Below, piece by piece: positions 19,854 to 31,150 of a DNA stretch of 64,000 nucleotides; within the stretch, counting starts at the first letter, position 1; each line of letters begins with the position of its first letter. The notes under the pieces are model-generated. The model was not told where the DNA came from. It saw only the letters and a program-made list of their open reading frames with translations, and did not search any database. Source of the DNA: an uncultured Chloroflexia bacterium (GTDB lineage Bacteria > Chloroflexota > Limnocylindria > Limnocylindrales > CSP1-4). The DNA lies in assembly GCA_963748625.1 (NCBI GenBank), contig CAVVJT010000007.1, positions 192,001 to 256,000 on the forward strand. Direction: 5' to 3'. Both the position numbers and the translations under genes were made by a program.

Positions 19854-20583
19854 CTAGCGGCGCGAGGCCGACGCGTCGAGCTGCACCGGCGGCGCGCCCT
19901 GCGCCGCGGCGATCCTCGCGACCCGCTTGTGCCCGCCCTCGGTGATGTGATCGCTGACGGCCCGAGCGATGTCGTCGGGGTCTCCGGCCCTCACGATCTC
20001 GAGCAGGCGCGCATGGCGCTCCACGACCGCGATGAAGTCCGGCCCATAGTCGCGTCCGTAGAGGTCGCTGAAGATGAGCAGGCGACGGGCGTGCGTGTGG
20101 ATCACCGCGAGATGCTCGAGGAGCAGCTCGTGGCCGCTCAGCGCCGAGAGCGACTCGTGGAACCGGATATCGGCCTCGACCATCTCGTGGACGTCGCCTG
20201 CGTGGGCCGCGTCGGACAGCGCCTGCAGCCGCTCCTCGAGCATCGCCAGCTCCTGGGTCTCGATCCGGCCCTCCTGGGCCGCCGTGCGGGCGGCGATACG
20301 ACTCGAGGAGGTCGCGCATCGTGTAGATCTCGCGCGCGCGTTCCGCCGTGACCATCGTGACCACGGGGCCACGATGGGCGGCCCGCGACACGAGGCCCAA
20401 GTTCGCCAGCACCCGCATCGCCTCGCGGACGGTGCCCCGCGACGTCCCGAGCGTGTGGGCCAGGCTCGCCTCGGACAACTGCTGGCCTGGCGCCAGGCGC
20501 CCTGCGATGACAGCGTCGCGGACATACATGACGACGGCATCCGTGAGGCTCTGGGGTCTGTCGAGCGGGGACAGTTCCTGCAT
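19854..20583 (-). CDS. GntR family transcriptional regulator (FCD domain), frameshift near 20297
   Basis: wHTH LAPGQQLSEASLA..LGTSRGTVREA; FCD motifs EIYTMRDLLE, DIRFHESL, ERHARLL and SDHI in the second frame. Confidence 0.9.
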
Positions 20584-20665
20584 GGCCGGCCTCACCTGTC
20601 GAACTGCGGGAGATGGAGTGCCGCGAGTTGGATGATATCGGGACCCGATCGAGCGACGTAGCCTC

Positions 20666-20693
20666 TTGACGGCATGTCGGATTGTCCTACAAT
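20666..20693 (+). promoter_or_regulatory. Promoter with embedded GntR-type operator, copy 3 (divergent from gntR)
   Basis: TTGACG-GCATGTCGGATTGTCC-TACAAT; contains the near-perfect palindrome TGTCGGA-TTG-TCCTACA. Confidence 0.85.
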
Positions 20694-20740
20694 GAAACCC
20701 GGTTGGCAAGACCTGCCGGCTGGCGCCCCTGCGCGTCGTC

Positions 20741-21518
20741 GTGAGCGAGAGGATCCGCGTGATGGTGAGGCTGCAGTTCTTCGGCACCGCGGGCTACCGG
20801 ATCGTGACCGACTCAGGCGCGACGGTCCTGATCGACCCCTACCTCGACCAGAACGCGGTCTGCCCGATCAAGGCCGCGGACCTCGACTCCGCCGACGTGC
20901 TCCTGATCACCCACAACGCGTATGACCACTTCGGCGATGCGCCGGCCATCATCAAGCGGCTCCGCCCGCTCGTCGTCTGCGCGAAGGACGTCGCCCACAC
21001 GCTGACCAGCGTCCACGATGTGGACCCGGAGCTGATCCGGGTCACGATCTGGGGCCTCCAGATGGAGGTTGCCGGCGTCCGGATCCTGCCGCTCCCGAGC
21101 GCGCACTGGTCCTTCGGCGTCACCCCCACCGGGGAGCTGCTCTCGGGCCCGGCGGTCGGATACCTCGTCGATGCCGGGCCGGGCGTCCGCATCTACCACC
21201 CCGGCGATTCGGCCATCACGACGGACATGCGGCTGTGGGGTGAGCTCTACCGGCCCACCGTGGGCCTGATGGTCATGGCCCTGCCTGAGCTGTCGCTCCC
21301 GCACATGGAGTGCTACCGCTCAGGGCGAGACCACGCCGTACGAGGCCCTCCTGGCCAGCCAGTGGCTGGGCCTCGAGCACGTCGTCACCAGCCACTATCA
21401 AAGCCCGGATCACCCCGATGTCCAGGCCTTCCTGCGACTCGCGGAGGCGACGGCTGAGGCCAAGGGCTATGCGCCCAGGATCAGCGTCCTGCGGGCCGGT
21501 GATGAGATCGATCTCTAG
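20741..21518 (+). CDS. Metallo-beta-lactamase-fold hydrolase (UPF0173/UlaG-like), frameshift near 21325
   Basis: LIDPY, ITHNAYDH, SAH and IYHPGDS; the shifted frame continues ETTPYEA...VTSHY to a TAG at 21516-21518. Confidence 0.8.
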
Positions 21519-21563
21519 GCACGCTGCAATCCCCATTCGCACGCAGTAGAAAGGGCGTCCTGC

Positions 21564-22640
21564 ATGTCGCGAAGAGTCACGCTGGAGGAGTCCTGCGTCG
21601 CTGTCGAGCAGTTCGAGGGCGAGACCGCCGAGCCGCTCCAGGCTCCCGACGGGATGGCGGTCGAGGAGCAGCTCGAGATCTACCGGAAGATGCGCCTCAT
21701 CCGGGAGTTCGACGGCAGCGTCAAGGGGCTCTGGAAGCAGGACTTCATCTACGGGCTCGCGCACTCCTACGTGAGCGCGGAGGCCATCGGCGTCGGCGCC
21801 TGTGCGGCTCTCAGGCCGGATGACCTGATCACGTCGACCCACCGGGGGCACGGCCACACGATCGCCAAGGGTGGCGATCCGCGGCGGATGATGGCCGAGC
21901 TCATGGGCAAGGCGGCCGGCTACTGCGGTGGCAAGGGCGGCTCGATGCACATCGCGGCCGTGGACCTGGGCATGCTGGGCGCGACCGGGATCGTCGGCAG
22001 CGCGATGCCCATCGCGGTCGGGGCCGCGCTCACGGCCAAGACGCTCCAGCGCGACAACGTGACCGTCTGCTTCCACGGCGATGGGTCCACCAACCAGGGC
22101 GTCTGGCACGAGTCCATCAACCTCGCCGCAGTGTGGAACCTGCCGGTGATCTTCGTGTGCGAGAACAACCAGTGGGCGATCAGCCTGCCCTATGACCAGG
22201 CGTCCAAGAACCCGAGGGTGTCCGATCGGGCGGCGGGCTACGGCATCCCCGGCGTGACCGTCGACGGGTTCAACCCGTTCGCGGTCTACAACGCCGTGCG
22301 GATCGCGGCCGAGCGAGCCCGGGCGGGCGAGGGACCCACCCTCATCGAGGCCCGGTTCTACCGCTACATCGGCCACTTCGTCGCCGACGACGAGCGCTAC
22401 CGCGATACCAACTGCAACGTCCTGTGGGAGCGGTTCGACCCGCTCACCCGCATGGAGCGGTACCTCGTCGACTCCGGGACGGCGACCGAGGCGTGGATCG
22501 CGGAGGCGACCGCCGAGGCCCAGGCGATCGTTGCGGACGCGATCGAGTTCGCGAAGGCGGCGCCGGCGCCGGAGCCGGACACCCTGTACACGGGGATGTA
22601 CTCGCCGGAGTTCATGGAAGCCCAGGGGATCAAGCTGTGA
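21564..22640 (+). CDS. TPP-dependent dehydrogenase E1 alpha subunit (acetoin/pyruvate dehydrogenase-like)
   Basis: STHRGHGH, GKGGSMH, TPP motif GDG...ENNQW and RYIGH. The start codon is uncertain. Confidence 0.92.
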   Translation: MSRRVTLEESCVAVEQFEGETAEPLQAPDGMAVEEQLEIYRKMRLIREFDGSVKGLWKQDFIYGLAHSYVSAEAIGVGACAALRPDDLITSTHRGHGHTIAKGGDPRRMMAELMGKAAGYCGGKGGSMHIAAVDLGMLGATGIVGSAMPIAVGAALTAKTLQRDNVTVCFHGDGSTNQGVWHESINLAAVWNLPVIFVCENNQWAISLPYDQASKNPRVSDRAAGYGIPGVTVDGFNPFAVYNAVRIAAERARAGEGPTLIEARFYRYIGHFVADDERYRDTNCNVLWERFDPLTRMERYLVDSGTATEAWIAEATAEAQAIVADAIEFAKAAPAPEPDTLYTGMYSPEFMEAQGIKL

Positions 22641-23659
22641 CGGACATCCAGACGAGCGGCGCGGCCGCCGCCCCCGCCCTGGCGAAGACGCTGACCATCA
22701 AGCAGGCGATCAACGAGACGCTGTTCGAGGAGATGCGCCGCGATCCCACGGTCGTGATCCTCGGCTGCGATGTCGGCATCCGCGGCAACCCGTTCGGCGT
22801 GACCAAGGGACTCTACGAGGAGTTTGGAGCGGGCCGCGTGCTCGACACGCCGATCTCGGAGGCGGCCATCATCGGCAGCAGCCTCGGCGCCGCCGCCACC
22901 GGGCTGCGGCCGATCGCCGAGATCCTGTTCTCCGACTGGATCACCATCGGCATGGATCAGCTGGTCAACCAGGTGGCCAAGATCCGGTACATGTTCGGGG
23001 GTGCGATCAGCGTCCCGCTCGTGATCCGGGCCCCGGTAGGCGCCGGCGGCGGCCAGGCAGCCCAGCACTCGCAGTCGTTCGAGTCGTGGTTCAGCCACGT
23101 GCCGGGTCTCCAGGTCGTGATGCCGATCACGCCGTACGACGTCAAGGGCCTCCTCAAGACCTCGCTCCGGTCGAACGACCCGGTCCTCTTCTTCGAGCAC
23201 AAGCGCGGCTACGAGATCAAGGGCGAGGTGCCGCTGGAGGACTACACGATCCCGTTCGGCCAGGCGGCCATCGCCCGCACCGGCGCCGACGTGACGGTCG
23301 TCGCCATCTCGATCATGCGTCACAAGGCCATGGCGGCCGCGGCGGAACTGGCCGAGCAGGGCATCGAGTGCGAGGTCATCGACCCGCGGACGATCTACCC
23401 GTTCGACTACGACACGGTGCTTGCCTCGCTCGAGAAGACACATCGCCTCGTGGTCGTCCACGAATCCAATCGCCGGAGCGGCATCGGCGGCGAGATCGTG
23501 TCCCAGGTGGCGGAACGGGCGTTCCGGACGCTCCATGCCCCGCCGGTCATCGTCGCCGGGCTTGATGTTCCCATGCCCTACAACCGCACCCTCGAGTCCC
23601 TGGTCATCCCCAACGAGGAGCGGATCAAGCAGGCCGTTCTCACGGTGATGGCCGGGTAG
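22637..23659 (+). CDS. TPP-dependent dehydrogenase E1 beta subunit
   Basis: DTPISE, GLRPIAEI, QHSQS, DPVLFFEHK and EVIDPRT; the GTG overlaps the alpha stop. Confidence 0.93.
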   Translation: MTDIQTSGAAAAPALAKTLTIKQAINETLFEEMRRDPTVVILGCDVGIRGNPFGVTKGLYEEFGAGRVLDTPISEAAIIGSSLGAAATGLRPIAEILFSDWITIGMDQLVNQVAKIRYMFGGAISVPLVIRAPVGAGGGQAAQHSQSFESWFSHVPGLQVVMPITPYDVKGLLKTSLRSNDPVLFFEHKRGYEIKGEVPLEDYTIPFGQAAIARTGADVTVVAISIMRHKAMAAAAELAEQGIECEVIDPRTIYPFDYDTVLASLEKTHRLVVVHESNRRSGIGGEIVSQVAERAFRTLHAPPVIVAGLDVPMPYNRTLESLVIPNEERIKQAVLTVMAG

Positions 23660-23682
23660 CCGGCAGCGGCAAGGAGGAAGCG

Positions 23683-23961
23683 GTGGCAACCCTGTTCGCG
23701 ATGCCGAAGCTCGGCATGAACATGGAGGAGGGCGTCCTCGTCGGGTGGCTCGTGGCCGAGGGGTCCGAGGTCCGGACGGGCCAGCCCATCCTCGAGATCG
23801 AGACCGACAAGACGACGGTCGAGCTCGAGGCGACGGCAGACGGCGTGCTCGCCCGGATCGTCCGGGCCGCGGGCGACACCGTCCCGATCAACGGCGTCCT
23901 CGCGGTGATCCTCGCCCCCGGCGAGGCGCTGCCTGACGACATCCCGGACTCGGCCGTATGA
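23683..23961 (+). CDS. Stand-alone lipoyl-carrier domain protein
   Basis: MPKLG..MEEG and EIETDKTT (lipoyl Lys); 92 aa. Confidence 0.88.
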   Translation: MATLFAMPKLGMNMEEGVLVGWLVAEGSEVRTGQPILEIETDKTTVELEATADGVLARIVRAAGDTVPINGVLAVILAPGEALPDDIPDSAV

Positions 23962-24006
23962 CGGTTGTGCGTCGTGTCTCACCCCAGCCAGTGAACTGAG
24001 GCGAAG

Positions 24007-26227
24007 ATGACCTTGGACTCCGCGCCGGCGGTGGAGATCGCGGAAGGCCGCCGATCCGCCCTCGACTACCCCAACATCCGCGCCTGCGAGGTGCCGTCCA
24101 GCGAGCTTGCCGCCACGCCCAAGCGCACGCTGGCCCTCGGCCTGTTCATGATCCACACGATCCGCCTGTTCGAGCGATGGCTCCTTGACCATGCCGAGCT
24201 TGTCCACGGCCCACTGCACTCGAGCATCGGGCAGGAAGCGGTCGCGGTGGGCACGGCGCTGGCGCTGGAGCCGACGGATCGGATCACCTCGACGCATCGG
24301 GCCCATCACGACGTGCTGGCGAAGCTGATCGCCCACGCCGCACCCGCGGACTTCGACCCGGCGACGGCGACCGAGGTTCCGGCTGCGGTCCATGAGGCCG
24401 TCCTGCGGACGTTCGCCGAGATCCTCGGGCTCGAGCAGGGCCTCTGCGGCGGGCGGGGCGGATCGATGCACCTCGCCGACGTGGACGGCGGCGTCATGAC
24501 AAGCGCGATCGTGGGCGGCGGGATTCCCGTCTCCGCGGGTCAGGCCCTGGCGGCGAAGCTGCGCGGAAATGGGGGCGTCGCCCTCGCCTCATTCGGCGAC
24601 GGTGCGACCTCGATCGGGGCCTTCCACGAGGCGGCCGTGCTCGCCCGGGCCTGGAAGCTGCCAATGATCTTCCTGCTCGAGAACAACCAGTACTCGGTGG
24701 CGACGACCCTGCGCGAGACCGCCGGCTTCGAGGAGCTCGCGATCCGCTCCAGCGGCTACGACATGCCGGCGCTCATCGTGGACGGCATGGATCCGATCGC
24801 GGTACTGACAGCGATGACCGCGGCGCGCGCACGGGCCGTCCGCGAGGGCCCCGTGTTCGTCGAGGCGGTGACCTACCGCTACTACCACCAGAACGGGCCG
24901 CTGCCCGGCAGTGCGTTCAAGTACCGGACGAAGGACGAGGAGCGGCACTGGGCCACGCTCGACCCTGTCCAGGTCTTTCCCGCGGAAGCTGCTCGATGCC
25001 GGTCTGCTCGGCGCGGCCGAGGCCGACCGTGTCGAGGAGCTCGCCAGGTCGCTCGTCGCCGGCTGTGCGTCCGCGGTCACCGAGGAGACCGCCGACGGCC
25101 TGCGCATCCCGCCGTCGCTCTACCCATCGACAGCCGACGCGGGCCGGGGCCTGCTGGGTCCCGGCGTCACCGACGTGCCGCCCGACCTCCTCGACACGAC
25201 CCCCGTCGCCGGGGGCGCGGAGATCACCTACGGCGCGGCGGTCTCGGGCGTGATCGCTCGCTGGCTGGAGCGGGACCCCGAGGCGTTCGTCCTCGGGGAG
25301 GAGGTCGGCCACCTGGGCGGCGGCGTCATGGGGTTCACCAAGGGCGCCCTCGCAACGGCCCCGGAGCGGGTCCTCAGCACGCCCATCTGCGAGAACGGGT
25401 TCACGGGTGCCGCCTTCGGGGCGGCCCTCTCCGGGATGCACCCGATCGTGGAGTTCATGTACCCCGACTTCACGCTCGAAGCGGCCGACCAGCTGTTCAA
25501 CCACATCCCGAAGGCCCGCTACATGTTCGGCGGGATCCACCAGATCCCGCTCGTCGTGCGGACGCAGATCAGCCGTGGACGCGGCTACGGGCCCCAGCAC
25601 GGGTGCGACCCGGCGGCGCTGTTCGCGGTCTACCCCGGGTGGAGGGTCGCATCGCCGTCGACTGCGGCCGAGTATGTCGGGCTGTTCAACGCGGCCATGC
25701 TCAGCCGCGACCCTGTCCTGGTCATCGACGACCACCGCCTGACCAAGACCACGGCGGCGCTCCCGGCCGGGGGCATGGACCACGTCATCCCGCCGGGCAC
25801 GGCCCGCCTCGTGCGCGCTGGCCGCGATGCGACCGTCGTCGCCTGGGGCTACGGGCTCCAGCGGGTCCTGGCCGTGGCAGAGCGCCTGGACGCTGAGGGG
25901 ATCTCGGTCGAGGTCATCGACCCCCGCTGGCTGGACCGGGCCAGCTTCGACCGGGCGACGGTGCTGGCATCCGTTGCACGCACCGGGGGGCTGGTGATCG
26001 TCGAGGATGCCCAGCGCAGCCTCTCGATGGGCAGCCAGATCCTGGACTACCTGCTGCCGGACCTGTTCGAGCACCTGCGGACGGCGCCCATCCGGGTGAC
26101 CGGCGAGGACGTGTATTCACCGGTCTCGAAGCCGCTCGAGACGTTCGTCCACCTGCGCGACGAGAACGTCGAGGCGGGCATCCGGACGGTGACAACGGCG
26201 GCGACCGCCGGGAGGGCACGACGATGA
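24007..26227 (+). CDS. Fused E1 alpha/beta TPP-dependent dehydrogenase, frameshift near 24982
   Basis: Alpha part: HSSIGQE, GRGGSMH, GDG...ENNQY. Beta part in the second frame: STPICE, EFMYPDF, GPQH, EVIDPRWL. Confidence 0.85.
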
Positions 26228-26469
26228 GCGATCCGACGCGGCTCCGGATGCCCAACCTCGGGGCCGAGGCGACTGGCGGCACGATCGTCGCCTGGCTCCG
26301 GGCCGTCGGCGACGAGGTCGTCGCGGGCGAGGTGGTCGCCGAGATCGAGACCGAGAAGGCGACCGTCGAGCTCGAGGCGCCGGTCGCCGGGCGCATCTCC
26401 GAGATCACGCAGCCTGTCGGAGCGGAGGTCGCGGTAGGCGAAACGCTCGCGCTCATCGAGCCAGGGTGA
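26224..26469 (+). CDS. Stand-alone lipoyl-carrier domain protein
   Basis: MPNLG and EIETEKAT; 81 aa; translationally coupled to the fused E1. Confidence 0.88.
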   Translation: MSDPTRLRMPNLGAEATGGTIVAWLRAVGDEVVAGEVVAEIETEKATVELEAPVAGRISEITQPVGAEVAVGETLALIEPG

Positions 26470-26569
26470 CCAAGGCGGTCGAGCCGCTGCCACGCATCGC
26501 ATCCATCGCCGGGCCGAGGCCCGCGCGCAACTCCAGCAGCAGCACCAGACAGAAGAGGAGTACACGACG

Positions 26570-27193
26570 ATGGCTGATCTGACGGCACTGGGCAAGGCAA
26601 TCGAGGCCGGCGACCGAGCGACCGCTGTGGCGCTCACGAACGAGGCGCTCGAGACTGGCGTGCCGGCCCAGGAGATCCTCGACGCGATGACCGACGCGAT
26701 GGCGGTGACCGGCGTTCGGTTCCAGGCCAATGAGATCTTCGTGCCCGAGATGCTGATCGCCGCGCGCGCCATGAAGGAGGCGATGGCGGTCCTCGAGCCC
26801 GTGCTGGCAGGCGCCGGCATCAAGCCCGAGGTCACGGCCGTGCTCGGCACCGTGAAGGGCGACCTCCACGACATCGGCAAGAACCTCGTGGGCATGATGT
26901 GGAAGGGCGCGAACATCGCGGTGATCGACCTGGGCACGAACGTCCCCCCGGAGCGCTTCGGCGAGGCCGCCAAGGAGCACGGCGCCAAGCTGGTCGGGAT
27001 CTCCGCCCTGCTGACCACGACGATGGTCGGCATGAAGGACGCGGTGGACGCCATCCGGGCCCAGCAGCCCGACGCGAAGATCATCGTCGGCGGCGCGCCC
27101 GTCACCCCGGAGTTCGCCATGGAGATCGGGGCGGACGGATACGCGCCCGATGCCGGGGCTGCCGTGGATGTCGCGCACCAGGTACTGGCGTAG
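26570..27193 (+). CDS. Corrinoid (cobalamin-binding) methyl-carrier protein, MtaC/MttC-like
   Basis: Cap domain (EIFVPEML), then GTVKGDLHDIGKNLV (DxHxxG), SALLTTT and IIVGGAP. Confidence 0.95.
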   Translation: MADLTALGKAIEAGDRATAVALTNEALETGVPAQEILDAMTDAMAVTGVRFQANEIFVPEMLIAARAMKEAMAVLEPVLAGAGIKPEVTAVLGTVKGDLHDIGKNLVGMMWKGANIAVIDLGTNVPPERFGEAAKEHGAKLVGISALLTTTMVGMKDAVDAIRAQQPDAKIIVGGAPVTPEFAMEIGADGYAPDAGAAVDVAHQVLA

Positions 27194-27255
27194 TCGAAGC
27201 AGCCCGACCCAGCTGGCGCCCGAGGGTCACGCACCCTCGGGCTGGAAGGACGTCC

Positions 27256-28389
27256 ATGAATTCCAAGCAACGCGTCATCGCCGCGCTCGAGCACCGCGAG
27301 CCGGACCGGGTTCCGGTCGGCGAGATGGCCATCGACTTCGAGCTCACCCAGTTCGCGCTCGGTCGGCCGACCCTGTACCGCTCCAAGTGGAACGAGTACA
27401 TGGCCCTGTGGAACGGCCGACGCGACGAGATCGTTGCGAGCTACGGTCGCGACATCGTCGATCTCGTGCGCCATTACGACCTGGACTACCTCTCGATCCC
27501 CCTTGCGCCCGCGAGGCAGGCCACCTATGAGCCGCCGGAGTTCACCGGCGAGTACCAGTGGAAGGACAAGAACGGCCGCACCTGGCAGTACTCGCCGGAG
27601 TCCGAGGGTCACGCCATGTGCATCGATCCGATCGACCTCACGGTCGACGACATCGTGATGCCTCCGGACCCTGCACCGGTCGACTGGTCGCGGCTGGAGC
27701 ACTTCGAGTACATCGTCAAGGAGCTCGGGCAGACGCACTTCATCATGGGCCGGGTGCCCGCGGGCCTGTTCCCGTGGCAGGAGACGCTCGGCAGCATCGA
27801 CGGCTTCCTGATCAAGATGTACGACGATCCCGAGTTCGTCGATCGGGCGGTCGAGGCCCAGACGCGCGAGGCGATCGCGTACGCGAAGGCGATGATCGAG
27901 ATCGGCTGCGACGCCGTCTCGCCCGACGGTGACGTGTGCGACAACCGCGGACCCACGATGGGTCCCGATCTCTTCCGCCGGTTCTGCCTTCCCTCGGTCG
28001 GGCGCCTGGCGGATGCCATCCACGCCGCGGGCGGCTGGGATGTCATGCACAGCGACGGGTACCTCTGGCCGATCCTCGACGACCTCGTGACGGCCGGCAT
28101 CGATGGCTGGCAGGGCATCCAGCCGCGCATCGGCATGGACATGAAGCTCCTCAAGGAGCAGTTCGGCGACCGGTTGTGCCTGTTCGGCGGCGTCGACATC
28201 GACACACTCGTGCTCGGCAGCCCGGATGACGTCGCGGAGCAGGTCGACTACGCGATCACCCACGCGGCCGCGGGCGGCGGGCTCGTCATCGGATCAGGCA
28301 ACACCATCATGCCCGGCGTCCGACCCGAGAACTTCCAGGCCATGCTGGACCGGACGCGCCGGAGCGGCGCCTACCCGGCTCACGGCTGA
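27256..28389 (+). CDS. Uroporphyrinogen decarboxylase-fold protein (putative corrinoid methyltransferase)
   Basis: MNSKQRV..ALEHREPDRVP, MHSDG, LKEQFGDRLCLFGGVD and GGGLVIGSGN. Confidence 0.85.
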   Translation: MNSKQRVIAALEHREPDRVPVGEMAIDFELTQFALGRPTLYRSKWNEYMALWNGRRDEIVASYGRDIVDLVRHYDLDYLSIPLAPARQATYEPPEFTGEYQWKDKNGRTWQYSPESEGHAMCIDPIDLTVDDIVMPPDPAPVDWSRLEHFEYIVKELGQTHFIMGRVPAGLFPWQETLGSIDGFLIKMYDDPEFVDRAVEAQTREAIAYAKAMIEIGCDAVSPDGDVCDNRGPTMGPDLFRRFCLPSVGRLADAIHAAGGWDVMHSDGYLWPILDDLVTAGIDGWQGIQPRIGMDMKLLKEQFGDRLCLFGGVDIDTLVLGSPDDVAEQVDYAITHAAAGGGLVIGSGNTIMPGVRPENFQAMLDRTRRSGAYPAHG

Positions 28390-28436
28390 CCGACCGCCAC
28401 CCACCTCCGACGGGACCTGTAGAGGGAGCGAGACTG

Positions 28437-29672
28437 ATGAACGAACGCGAGAGGATGCTCGCCTGTCTGCGCGGCGAGCCGACGGACCAGCTGCCCTGGG
28501 CGCCTCGCATGGACCTGTGGTCCATCGCCCAGCAGGCTCGCGGGACCATGCCCGAGCGATTCAAGGGCCTGAACACGGCGCAGGTCGCGGACGAGCTCGG
28601 TGTGGGGTGCCACGCCGTCCGGGCGGACTGGACGATCGTCCCGCAGTTGGAGCGCGACCCCCGCGACTTCATGTGGCGCGCGTTCGGGTTCGAGACGTGC
28701 TGGGACTTCCCGTTCAAGCTGGAGATCAACGACCTCAAGGTCGACTTCAAGTACGAGGCCGGCGACGGATCCGGCAAGTACTGGACGACGATCCACACCG
28801 CCGCCGGGCCGCTCGAGACGTACATGGAGTACGAGAACTCCATGGCCAAGAACGGGATCACGGCGCCGGAGGTGAAGCTGTACCCGCTTCCCGACCCGAC
28901 GAACTGGGAGAAGGTCGCGCAGGTGTACGACGCCTTCGAGGTCGTGCCCACCCCGGACGCGTACCGCGCCTTCAAGGCCAGGATCGGTGACCGCGGCCTC
29001 GCGCTCGCGCAGGGCCCCAACTCCGCCTCGCCGATGCACTCGATCCTGCACATGCTCACGCCGATGGAGACGTTCTTCTACGCCTACATGGACGTGCCGG
29101 ACGAGCTCCACAAGCTCGCCGAGCGGATCACGCCCTTCTTCGAGCGGATCCTGGACGTCATGTGCGAGTGCGACGCGGAGGTCGTCTGGTGGGGTGCCAA
29201 CTACGACCAGGCCACCACGTGGCCGCACTTCTTCGCCACTGAGATCGTCGACTACGTCCGCATGGTCGGCGACCGCCTCCGCGCCTCCGGCAAGTACATG
29301 GCCAGCCACTGCGACGGCGAGAACGACAAGCTCCTGGAGTACATGCCGACCGCCCGGTTCGACATCGCCGAATCGGTGCCCACCGTGCCGATGGTGAAGC
29401 GCTCGCTCAAGGAGCTCCGCGAAGGGTTCGGCGAGCCCACCACCATCTGGGGCGGCCTGCCGGCGACCGCCTTCATGCCCGGCCCGATGTCCGACGAGTC
29501 GTTCGAGGCCCACCTCGACACCGTGTTCGGAGAGCTGGGATCCGGCAAGCGGACCATCCTGGGCGTCTCGGACAACGTGCCCGTGGACTGCACCATCGAG
29601 CGGCTGGACCGGGTGACCGAGCGGGTCAAGGCGTTCGGCCCCGTGAACCCGGCTCCGGCCGGGCAGCTCTAG
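28437..29672 (+). CDS. Uroporphyrinogen decarboxylase-fold protein (putative corrinoid methyltransferase)
   Basis: MNERERMLA.LRGEPTD, SHCDGE, IWGGLP and LGVSDNVP. Confidence 0.8.
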   Translation: MNERERMLACLRGEPTDQLPWAPRMDLWSIAQQARGTMPERFKGLNTAQVADELGVGCHAVRADWTIVPQLERDPRDFMWRAFGFETCWDFPFKLEINDLKVDFKYEAGDGSGKYWTTIHTAAGPLETYMEYENSMAKNGITAPEVKLYPLPDPTNWEKVAQVYDAFEVVPTPDAYRAFKARIGDRGLALAQGPNSASPMHSILHMLTPMETFFYAYMDVPDELHKLAERITPFFERILDVMCECDAEVVWWGANYDQATTWPHFFATEIVDYVRMVGDRLRASGKYMASHCDGENDKLLEYMPTARFDIAESVPTVPMVKRSLKELREGFGEPTTIWGGLPATAFMPGPMSDESFEAHLDTVFGELGSGKRTILGVSDNVPVDCTIERLDRVTERVKAFGPVNPAPAGQL

Positions 29673-29737
29673 GACGAGACTCGCACGGGTGGCTTTGGCG
29701 GACTCCGCCCGAGCCACCCGCGACCCCGAGAGGAGCA

Positions 29738-30139
29738 ATGACCATGGAGACAGCACAGCGGTCCGCCGTTCCGGTTGTCAGGCTGCCGGGCCGTGACATC
29801 CAGCGGATCATCGGCAAGGACGCCTTCCTTGCCAGCGGCCGCATGACCGTGGGGACCGCGCACTACTCGGACGGCGCGGGCCCGATGGAACCCCACCAGC
29901 ACGCCGAGGAGTGCATCGTGGTCCTGGAGGCGCGGGGGGCGCGGGTCCGGTATGGGCCCACTCCCGACGACCTGCCCACGGTGATCAACCTCGAGGCCGG
30001 CCTGGTGCTCCACATCCCGGAGCTCGAGTGGCACGTCTTCGAGTGGGATGCGGGTGGCCATGCCGACTGCCTCGTCATCTACGGCCAGGTCGACAACATC
30101 CGGCCGGAGGACATCCAGCAGGCGCAGGCTGCCGGCTGA
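29738..30139 (+). CDS. Cupin domain protein
   Basis: PHQHAEE...EWH metal-binding pattern. Confidence 0.75.
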   Translation: MTMETAQRSAVPVVRLPGRDIQRIIGKDAFLASGRMTVGTAHYSDGAGPMEPHQHAEECIVVLEARGARVRYGPTPDDLPTVINLEAGLVLHIPELEWHVFEWDAGGHADCLVIYGQVDNIRPEDIQQAQAAG

Positions 30140-30189
30140 CGGGAAGCCGCGAGCCCCGGCAGGGCACCACGAGGAAGAAGGCATTCAAC

Positions 30190-31110
30190 ATGGCATCCGA
30201 GCAGCTGCCCACGGTCGGGTTCATCGGTCTCGGGATCATGGGCAAGCCGATGGTCCGCAACCTGTTGCGGGCGGGCTACGCCGTCACCGTTCACGATGTC
30301 GTCGCCGCGCCCGTTGACGAGCTTGTCGCCGATGGAGCCAGCAGCGCGGGAACGGCGCGCGAGGTGGCTGCGTCAACCGACCTGCTGATCACCATGCTGC
30401 CCGATTCGCCGGACGTCGAGGCCGTCTACCTCGGTGTCGACGGTGCGCTCGCGGCGGCCCGGCCCGGCTGGCTGGCCATCGACATGAGCTCCATCTCACC
30501 GCGGGTCGCCCGAGAGATGGCGGATCGCGCCGCTGCAGCTGGCGCCGAGATGCTTGACGCACCGGTCAGCGGCGGCGACAAGGGCGCGATCGCGGGCACC
30601 CTCTCGATCATGGTCGGCGGCTCGGACGCCGCCTTCGAGCGAGCCCAACCGGTCCTCGGGGCCATGGGCAAGACGATCGTCCATGTCGGGCCGTCGGGTG
30701 CCGGCCAGGTGGCCAAGGTGTGCAACCAGGTCGTCGTCGCGGTCGTCATCGAGGCGGTCTCGGAGGCGCTGGTCCTCGGCGCGAAGGCGGGGGTCGATCC
30801 AAACCGGATCGCGGACGTGCTCCAGGGCGGACTCGCGGCCACCAAGGTCCTCGAGATGCGGCGGTCCAACATCATGGATGGCAACTTCGCCCCGGGATTC
30901 CGTGTTCGCCTCCACCTCAAGGACCTCAAGAACGCGCTCGACCTGGCCCGGGAGGCGGGCGTCGTCCTGCCGGCCGCGGCGGGGGTTGAGCAGCTCATGC
31001 AGCGGATGCCGATCGCCGGCCGCGGCGACTACGACCACTCAGGCCTCATCACGGTCCTCGAGGACCTGGCCGGAGTCCGCGTCTGCGACGTCGCTGCCTC
31101 GCCTGAATGA
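30190..31110 (+). CDS. garR: 2-hydroxy-3-oxopropionate reductase-like beta-hydroxyacid dehydrogenase
   Basis: GFIGLGIMG, MLPDSPDV, DAPVSGG, catalytic KVCNQ and F.PGFRVRLHLKDL. Confidence 0.8.
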   Translation: MASEQLPTVGFIGLGIMGKPMVRNLLRAGYAVTVHDVVAAPVDELVADGASSAGTAREVAASTDLLITMLPDSPDVEAVYLGVDGALAAARPGWLAIDMSSISPRVAREMADRAAAAGAEMLDAPVSGGDKGAIAGTLSIMVGGSDAAFERAQPVLGAMGKTIVHVGPSGAGQVAKVCNQVVVAVVIEAVSEALVLGAKAGVDPNRIADVLQGGLAATKVLEMRRSNIMDGNFAPGFRVRLHLKDLKNALDLAREAGVVLPAAAGVEQLMQRMPIAGRGDYDHSGLITVLEDLAGVRVCDVAASPE

Positions 31111-31150
31111 CCGGGTGGACCAGAGAGCCAGGACACCCAGAGGGACCCAC

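Noticed and set aside
21564-23659. Naming the E1 genes pdhAB or acoAB
   Set aside because: The family is clear, but the substrate cannot be assigned and the context is atypical.
26470-26570. Cobalamin riboswitch upstream of the corrinoid gene
   Set aside because: The gap is only about 100 bp and no B12-box was recognisable.
27256-29672. Heme biosynthesis hemE genes
   Set aside because: They lack the HemE W.MRQAGR motif, no hem genes are nearby, and they sit next to a corrinoid protein.
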